Shown: piece by piece, positions 56,631 to 64,000 of the stretch
Position numbering within the stretch: the first letter of the stretch is position 1
Layout: the number at the start of each line of letters is the position of its first letter
NCBI GenBank assembly: GCA_964474455.1
Contig: CAYYSU010000010.1
Location: 518 to 64,517 of the forward strand
Direction of reading: 5' to 3'
Length of the DNA stretch: 64,000 nucleotides
Source: an uncultured Bacteroidales bacterium
GTDB taxonomy: Bacteria > Bacteroidota > Bacteroidia > Bacteroidales > BM520
Notes under the pieces: model-generated
Told to the model about the DNA's origin: nothing
Seen by the model: only the letters and a program-made list of their open reading frames with translations
Databases searched by the model: none
Position numbers and translations under genes: made by a program

Positions 56631-57509
56631 ATGAAACGAATTGCAATATCATATGGTCTGATAATAGTATTGATAACTTCATGCGCAACTTTCAATATTA
56701 GCGAGATTAAGAATCTTGAAAAATCGACATTTGATTCTTTATGTCTCATACCTGATTGGGAAACCAATAATTTACGAATTGATTTAATAAGACAAACTTA
56801 TGTGGAGGATGTTAATGATTCTACAAAAGAGACTAAAGAAACCCCTTACCATCCGGTTGGATATAATTTGGGAAATGGATTGTTTTATGATTTAAACAAA
56901 AACCTCTCTCTTAGATTAGATTACTTGTTGAATTTTTCAACAGATAATAACTTTGAAATACGAAAAATAAATAGACCAGATAAAATTAAAGGAGCTACAA
57001 ATTACATGTTCATAAATGATTCTTTATTAGTGCAGTATCAGTCTCGTAAAAAGATTCATTATCGTTATCATAGGATAAATAATCTTGACAGTACTTCATT
57101 TTTGTACAAAAAAAGACTGAAATATGCAATAATTGAAACTGATTCATCTGTGATTTATTCTGGCAAAAAGCGGAAATGGGATGTTATATATAAAATCGAT
57201 GATAGCAGTTATTACCTGAACAATAAAAGGAGAAAGTTTTTTTATCAAATTAAAGATAATGATATCTTTCTTGAAAATGATTATGTTATAAGTTTAACAA
57301 ATAATGATTCAAAAATTCAGATTAAGAGTAACCGTAAAAAAAGAGAGGATATAGTTATATATACAATAGAAAAAGATAATGATAGATTGTTCATATACAA
57401 TAAAAACTACTCTGGATTAGTCATATATAAGGAGGAAGACTCCATTTTGATTTACAGAAACAAAACCTTCCTGCGAAGATACGAATTGTTATCTGGCGCT
57501 AATAAATAG
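56631..57509 (+). CDS. Hypothetical lipoprotein, AT-rich orphan
   Basis: It has a signal peptide with a lipobox (LIIVLITSC). The composition is strongly rich in N/K/I/Y/D, and I recognise no family. Confidence 0.5.
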   Translation: MKRIAISYGLIIVLITSCATFNISEIKNLEKSTFDSLCLIPDWETNNLRIDLIRQTYVEDVNDSTKETKETPYHPVGYNLGNGLFYDLNKNLSLRLDYLLNFSTDNNFEIRKINRPDKIKGATNYMFINDSLLVQYQSRKKIHYRYHRINNLDSTSFLYKKRLKYAIIETDSSVIYSGKKRKWDVIYKIDDSSYYLNNKRRKFFYQIKDNDIFLENDYVISLTNNDSKIQIKSNRKKREDIVIYTIEKDNDRLFIYNKNYSGLVIYKEEDSILIYRNKTFLRRYELLSGANK

Positions 57510-57582
57510 GAATATAATATACTATCGTATATGTTATCATGGCGTGCTTCACAACCGACAGCAAAAAATACCTCCAAGCCTA

Positions 57583-58542
57583 TTACTCTTTCGTCCAGAT
57601 TCTGGTGTTGAGATTCAGCTCGTTTATGATGAGTGCATTGGTGGCGAAGAGTTTGTAGATCTGCTCTATATCCTTGAAGTTTACTCCTGACTTCATAATG
57701 CGTGGCTCGAAGAGATCTTTGTTAAAATACATGCCACAATAGATTCTTTCGTCGATAAAAGAAAAATACAGCCTTGTGCCGATCTCTTTTTTTATTGCTG
57801 ACATGGCCTGCATTACTGCCGGGGTAAGGATGTAGCGTGCCTCTATCTGGTCGGTAGAGTACACCTGATATATTTTTTCAAATTCAGGATCTTCCAGCTT
57901 CACGCGATCTCCACGTCTTGGGAGATCACTAATAGGGTTAAAACCGGAATCCGGGACTACCCATGTGCGGCCTTTGAAGTGCTTGTTGAAATCGGCATGG
58001 AAGAAGAGTCCTTTGAAAATAGTGTGCCACTCCTCTTTTCTGTTTCCGTCATCATCGGTCTTCCATGTTCTGTATTCGGAGTGGATCTCAGAACATCGGA
58101 AATCGGTTTTGTCGATTTGACCGTAAATAAGGTCATCACCCTTGTAACGGTCAACTCTGTCTCTAAAGATATCACTCTGTCTGTATTCGTGCTCTGAGAT
58201 TCTCCCATCTGACTCATAGGTCCATGATTCATCTACCATTTTTACTATCTCTGCCACTACCTGTTTTTTATATGCATCACGATAATCTCTGCTTTTTTTT
58301 CTGACAAAAATTATGATAACTATACCAGCTATGACCAAAGCGAAAGCTCCTATCATGAAGAGTGTCATTTTGGGATCATTGCTCTGTTTGGGTAAGGCAA
58401 ACATTCCGATGAATGGAAGCAAAATCAAACCAGCACCTAAGATATACCTGTTTCTTATGGCTTTGCGTTGATTTTCAAGGGATAAAAGACGATCTTTAAG
58501 TGTGGAGTTGTAGAAATCCTGGACTTCCTGTAATGTTATCAT
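57583..58542 (-). CDS. DUF3137-like membrane protein
   Basis: The 319-aa ORF has an N-terminal helix, two TM segments (GAGLILLPFIGMFAL; LFMIGAFALVIAGIVIIIF) and a soluble C-terminal domain. It is encoded 12 nt downstream of lemA. Confidence 0.55.
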   Translation of the reverse strand: MITLQEVQDFYNSTLKDRLLSLENQRKAIRNRYILGAGLILLPFIGMFALPKQSNDPKMTLFMIGAFALVIAGIVIIIFVRKKSRDYRDAYKKQVVAEIVKMVDESWTYESDGRISEHEYRQSDIFRDRVDRYKGDDLIYGQIDKTDFRCSEIHSEYRTWKTDDDGNRKEEWHTIFKGLFFHADFNKHFKGRTWVVPDSGFNPISDLPRRGDRVKLEDPEFEKIYQVYSTDQIEARYILTPAVMQAMSAIKKEIGTRLYFSFIDERIYCGMYFNKDLFEPRIMKSGVNFKDIEQIYKLFATNALIINELNLNTRIWTKE

Positions 58543-58554
58543 AGTGGTTCTTGG

Positions 58555-59121
58555 TTAGTTGTTAAACAGCGATTTTACATCAATATTTTTACGTTCTGTT
58601 TCCGGAATTTCGAAAACCTGTTTTCTTACAAGCTTCATCTGGCTGGCTATGATGCTACTAGGGAACGTTTCGATACCATTATTATAGTCAGTAACAGCAG
58701 CATTATATGATCTTCGTGCAGCAGATATCTGTGATTCCACCTCGTTGAGGGTGCGTTGCAGGTTCATGAAGTTCTCACTACTTTTAAGGTCAGGATAGTT
58801 TTCCACTGATACCATAATAGATTTAAGAGCGCCGGAGATTTGGTTGTCGAGGGCTACTTTTTCATCGTTGGAAAGATCTCCTTTTGTGGCCTGTGCTCTT
58901 AAAGAGGTGATATTCTCAAGCAGATCTTTTTCATGGGTGGCATACTGTTGTACGGTAGATACCATGTTAGGGATGAGGTCATAACGCTTTTTCAACTGCG
59001 CGTCCATTCCACCAAAGGCATTTTCAACTTCATTTTTTCTTCTGATGAGGCCATTGTAAATGCCAATGATGATAATCGCCAATAGTATGGCCACTGCAAC
59101 AATAATAATAGTAGGTGTCAT
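58555..59121 (-). CDS. lemA: LemA family protein
   Basis: It has an N-terminal TM segment followed by the typical LemA core (YNGLIRRKNEVENAFGGMDAQLKRRYDLIPNMV...ENR..AARRSYNAAVTDYNN). The start is trimmed to the ATG at 59121, because the longer track ORF runs into the csp terminator. Confidence 0.88.
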   Translation of the reverse strand: MTPTIIIVAVAILLAIIIIGIYNGLIRRKNEVENAFGGMDAQLKKRYDLIPNMVSTVQQYATHEKDLLENITSLRAQATKGDLSNDEKVALDNQISGALKSIMVSVENYPDLKSSENFMNLQRTLNEVESQISAARRSYNAAVTDYNNGIETFPSSIIASQMKLVRKQVFEIPETERKNIDVKSLFNN

Positions 59122-59194
59122 TATTCTGATAAATATTAGTTTGTAATTTGGATTCCGACACCAAAGATAAAAAAAAACAGAAAATTTCAGTAAA

Positions 59195-59228
59195 AAAAAA
59201 GCCTGCCACAAGGGGGCAGGCTTTCAGT
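59195..59228 (-). terminator. Rho-independent terminator of the cold-shock gene
   Basis: The stem GCCTGCC/GGCAGGC (59201..59207 and 59215..59221) is followed on the minus strand by a T9 run. Confidence 0.75.
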
Positions 59229-59243
59229 AAAAAAAGTATATAC

Positions 59244-59435
59244 TTAAACTACCTTTACGTTCACTGCGTTTAATCCTTTTCTACCTTCTTTGAGTTCAAA
59301 TTCAACGTTATCGCCTTCTTGAACTTTGTCAATAAGACCTGATACGTGTACGAAATACTCTGTTTTTGTCTCTTCGTCGATGATAAAACCAAATCCTTTG
59401 GTCTCGTTGAAGAATTTTACTGTTCCTGTTTTCAT
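59244..59435 (-). CDS. Cold-shock protein (CspA family)
   Basis: It has the RNP1/RNP2 motifs in MKTGTVKFFNETKGFGFIIDEE...EYFVHVSG. The start could instead be the ATG at 59447. The track start at 59465 lies inside the promoter box. Confidence 0.9.
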   Translation of the reverse strand: MKTGTVKFFNETKGFGFIIDEETKTEYFVHVSGLIDKVQEGDNVEFELKEGRKGLNAVNVKVV

Positions 59436-59462
59436 TGTAATTGTCATTGTATTAATATGCTG

Positions 59463-59470
59463 CAAACGTA
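59463..59470 (-). promoter_or_regulatory. Candidate -7 promoter box (TACGTTTG on the minus strand) for the cold-shock gene
   Basis: The plus strand reads CAAACGTA, 28 nt upstream of the ATG at 59435. Confidence 0.4.
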
Positions 59471-59715
59471 GTGGTTTTTTTTTAATAATAAAGGAAAAAT
59501 CGACAAAAAATGACTAAAAACTGAAATTTTATAAAAAAAACGTCATTATCACATGAAGTTTGCAATAATAATTAGCTTCCCGAGGTGTTTTTAACCGACA
59601 TTCATAAATTTATTGCTTAGTATTATAAGTTTTTGGTTAGAGTAAATAAAATCTTTGGCGAAAATATGAATCCGATATTGAGTTTTGACGTGCTTTTTAT
59701 GGTTACAGATTTCAT

Positions 59716-61368
<1,653 letters not shown>

Positions 61369-61493
61369 TTACGTGCCCGACCCCAAACTCCAAGAGTTAA
61401 CAAAAAGGTTGTATCAACTCATTTATTAAATACCTGAAAGTTGGCGCTATGGTGTGTGGCTATTTGATACTAATGCAGCTATGATCAAGAGTC

Positions 61494-62594
61494 TTATTGC
61501 TTGTTAACCAACCTGTTATATAGCTCTGCTGTTTTTGTAACTGTGGTTTCGTTATTTAGCTTTTCCTGTATGTGCTTTTTTGCATTTACACCCAGTAACT
61601 TACAATAGTCTCTGTCATTGTATAATCTGAGGATTGCCTCCGTAATATCAGCACTCTGTTTTGCGCGGACTACTAACCCGCTTTTATCATGATCAACCAG
61701 CTCCACATTACCCGCTATATCTGATATTATTGCCGGAGTTTGCAGCGACATTGATTCTATTACTGCTTTGGTGATAGACTCGCCTTTAATAGAAGGCAGC
61801 ACAAAAACGTCACTGGCGGCAACAATATTCAGCGCATCATTACGAAATCCGGGGAAATGTACATTGTTGGAGTTTTTACCTTTTTTCAGAATGTTGAGAT
61901 TCTTTTCTGTCTCCATGTCGCGTCCCACAAGAAGGAGATGAATATTCGCATTTTCAGGTAAGTTGTTTATAGCCTCTAATAAATAAGGTATGCCTTTCAT
62001 TCGGCGATTATTGGCGATATTCACCATGACAAAAGCATCCTTCGGAATTCCAAACTCCTTATGAAGATCCATGGGAGGGTAGTTTTCATACCAATGAACA
62101 TCATGCCCTTTATTGATGGTTACAGCTTTATCTTTTTTGCAGATAAGATTACGTTTGAGGTACTCTTCCACGCCTTTGGAGTTACAGAATATGGCATCCA
62201 CACGAGGGTTGAGGAATTTTAAGTAGGCGGTTGGATCCCACCAATTAATATTTGATGAATAACCACGATATAATACTGTCTTTACCGGAAGTCCCCTGAC
62301 GGCCATCAAGCCGTTGATAATTGCTTTACCATTAAAAAAATGTGCAATATCAATCTTGTTCTCTTTTATGAATTTTCGGATGTATTGCGACTCTTTGCGG
62401 TTGAATTTTTTTGTCGGCTGGTAATCAATAACAGTAATGCCCGATTTTTCAAACTCTTCAGCGTGCTTTGAGTCACGTCGAGTCATAATATAAATATCAA
62501 AATCTTTTTTTGCAAGCCCATGAAATATCGACGCTTCGGGCCGTGTGGAGTGATAATCGGTATATTTGCTTATGACCAATACTTTGATAGACAT
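61494..62594 (-). CDS. GT4-family (GT-B fold) glycosyltransferase
   Basis: The 366-aa ORF has a C-terminal Glycos_transf_1-like region (VFVLPSIKGESITKAVIESMSLQTPAIISDIAGNVELV). Confidence 0.8.
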   Translation of the reverse strand: MSIKVLVISKYTDYHSTRPEASIFHGLAKKDFDIYIMTRRDSKHAEEFEKSGITVIDYQPTKKFNRKESQYIRKFIKENKIDIAHFFNGKAIINGLMAVRGLPVKTVLYRGYSSNINWWDPTAYLKFLNPRVDAIFCNSKGVEEYLKRNLICKKDKAVTINKGHDVHWYENYPPMDLHKEFGIPKDAFVMVNIANNRRMKGIPYLLEAINNLPENANIHLLLVGRDMETEKNLNILKKGKNSNNVHFPGFRNDALNIVAASDVFVLPSIKGESITKAVIESMSLQTPAIISDIAGNVELVDHDKSGLVVRAKQSADITEAILRLYNDRDYCKLLGVNAKKHIQEKLNNETTVTKTAELYNRLVNKQ

Positions 62595-62666
62595 TATGTA
62601 TGCTGTTTTTTATGTGAGGTGCAAAATTACGATTTTCACTGTATATAATGGCTTTCCTCAGGATTA

Positions 62667-62957
62667 TTACCTGTTAATAAGATAAAACGCTACCAGTGCG
62701 GCAGTAAAAAAAATCCCCACTATAATCAAAAATAGTGCTACGGTTTTGCGTTTTTTTGCCTCTTCTTCTTTGGGCTCTTCAGCATTTCTGTTGAAGCGTT
62801 TTTCCATAAACAGACCTAAGACAAAACCCATAAATAATCCTATTGCCGGCCCGAGAGCTATGTTTCCCAGTACAAGTCCCACGGGAATTCCCAGTGGCAA
62901 CCCAATAGCGATGCCTATTCCCAAATAATACCCTTTTTTCTGCTTCTTAGGTTCCAT
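62667..62957 (-). CDS. Small membrane protein with a glycine-zipper-like segment
   Basis: The 96-aa ORF contains GIGIAIGLPLGIPVGLVLGNIALGPAIGLFMGFVLG, a charged loop and a second TM segment. Confidence 0.45.
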   Translation of the reverse strand: MEPKKQKKGYYLGIGIAIGLPLGIPVGLVLGNIALGPAIGLFMGFVLGLFMEKRFNRNAEEPKEEEAKKRKTVALFLIIVGIFFTAALVAFYLINR

Positions 62958-63285
62958 ACGAACTAAGTTTAGTGAATGCTTTTATTTAATCTTTTTGAAA
63001 AAAACTGTTTTTCTGCTGTGGTTACACCTGTATCATTACTTTTGAGTTTGGGAACAGATCTTACCGGGACAAAAATAACTAATAACAGTACACAAGTGAA
63101 AATAATATATCCTCTCCTTTTAATAAGAGTGATATCTCTATATCAATTTTATTAAAGTTTTAGCAAAGGCGGGCTTTACTATTTCATATTATGTTCAGAT
63201 ATGATTTTTTTATGGTATTAACTGCCTTTAAAATGTATTGGTGTAATGGGTTTATTTATAAGGCTTTAGTAGTTGCTGATTTTCT

Positions 63286-64000
63286 CTATAATACTTCTTT
63301 AAATACTTTTCTAAAATGATATCCATACACAGAATAAGTTATAGCCAGAGGTATCAATTTTGGTTTGTTTAATAAAGTCCAAAAAATCAGATTCCAGTAC
63401 TCTTTCCAGTATGTGTCAATAATTCCTAATTTTATATTTGATCGCATAAATGCCAGGAAGTCGATATACCTTAATTTCTTTTTGTTTTTATTGTTTGGCG
63501 TAAATCTTTTTATAAAATCCCGCACTCTAATATAATATTCTTTACCTCCATAAATGCTGTTTATCACGGTTTCATATCCATCCAGCAGGATTTTTTTATC
63601 CATTTTAGGTATAAAATTTAGAGTAAAATCCGTGTTATCACCTGTGATCTGATCTGTTATTCGCCCCTCCTGGCTTAGTCTGTTGTAAAGCCTTGTTTTC
63701 TTTGGGGCATTTAATAATCCCACCATGGCAGAAATGATCCCGCTCTCCTTTATGAAGTCGATCTGCTTTTGAAAAATGGAAGGTGAATCATGATCAAAGC
63801 CCAGGATAAAGCCGCCATGCACTACGATTCCATATTCTTGAATTCTATGTACACTATCCACGAGATTACGGTTCGTGTTTTGAATCTTTCCACACTCAAT
63901 TAAACTTGCCAGCTCCGTTGTTTCGATACCAATAAACACAGATGAAAATCCTGCCCTGGTCATTAATTCCATAAGTTCATCATCGTCTGACAGGTTTATT
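63286..64000 (-). CDS. B12-binding-domain radical SAM protein, C-terminal part (DUF4070-like tail); the N-terminus lies beyond the window edge
   Basis: The reading frame stays open upstream of the track's Met to position 64000. Motifs are FSSVFIGIETT, GIVVHGGFILGFDHD and the tail ...AITYSVYGYHFRKV. Confidence 0.7.
   Translation of the reverse strand, partial: INLSDDDELMELMTRAGFSSVFIGIETTELASLIECGKIQNTNRNLVDSVHRIQEYGIVVHGGFILGFDHDSPSIFQKQIDFIKESGIISAMVGLLNAPKKTRLYNRLSQEGRITDQITGDNTDFTLNFIPKMDKKILLDGYETVINSIYGGKEYYIRVRDFIKRFTPNNKNKKKLRYIDFLAFMRSNIKLGIIDTYWKEYWNLIFWTLLNKPKLIPLAITYSVYGYHFRKVFKEVL

Overview
This is a densely coding chromosomal segment of Bacteroidota type. The evidence is recurrent TAnnTTTG '-7' promoter boxes 6-45 nt upstream of start codons, several T9SS C-terminal sorting domains, and a complete MoxR/Bat aerotolerance operon. 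I saw no rRNA or tRNA genes, CRISPR arrays, integrases or transposases.

Content from left to right:
- An alpha-glucan/disaccharide cluster: GH13, a P-loop kinase, a beta-phosphoglucomutase::GH65 fusion, and a TreS/amylosucrase-like GH13.
- rarA, a DEAD-box helicase, DUF2062 and two MFS transporters.
- An ion-handling cluster: an ABC-2 ATPase and permease, a giant 1693-aa SLC12/CCC fusion protein, and a small MscS-like protein.
- grpE-dnaJ, gdhA, a MORN lipoprotein, GT39, rlmB and ung.
- Two T9SS cargo proteins and pepC.
- The eight-gene moxR-DUF58-DUF4381-batABCDE operon.
- selU, ychF and guaB.
- A cobalamin-riboswitch-led corrinoid uptake/salvage operon: T9SS surface protein, TonB-dependent receptor, beta-propeller lipoprotein and cobO.
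- A NifS::SelD fusion, an AT-rich orphan lipoprotein, DUF3137-LemA, a cold-shock protein, an ABC-F ATPase, GT4, and a partial B12-binding radical SAM gene.

The most unusual object is the single 5.1-kb ORF at 13512..18593. It joins a complete cation-chloride cotransporter to about 600 aa of helical sequence and an Orc1/Cdc6-like (Arch_ATPase-type) NTPase plus winged-helix module whose Walker motifs look degenerate. Secondary points of interest are the riboswitch-controlled T9SS-sorted protein, the selenium module (NifS::SelD plus SelU) and the non-canonical kinase in the GH65/GH13 cluster.

All calls come from reading the translations and motifs by eye. No database search was run.
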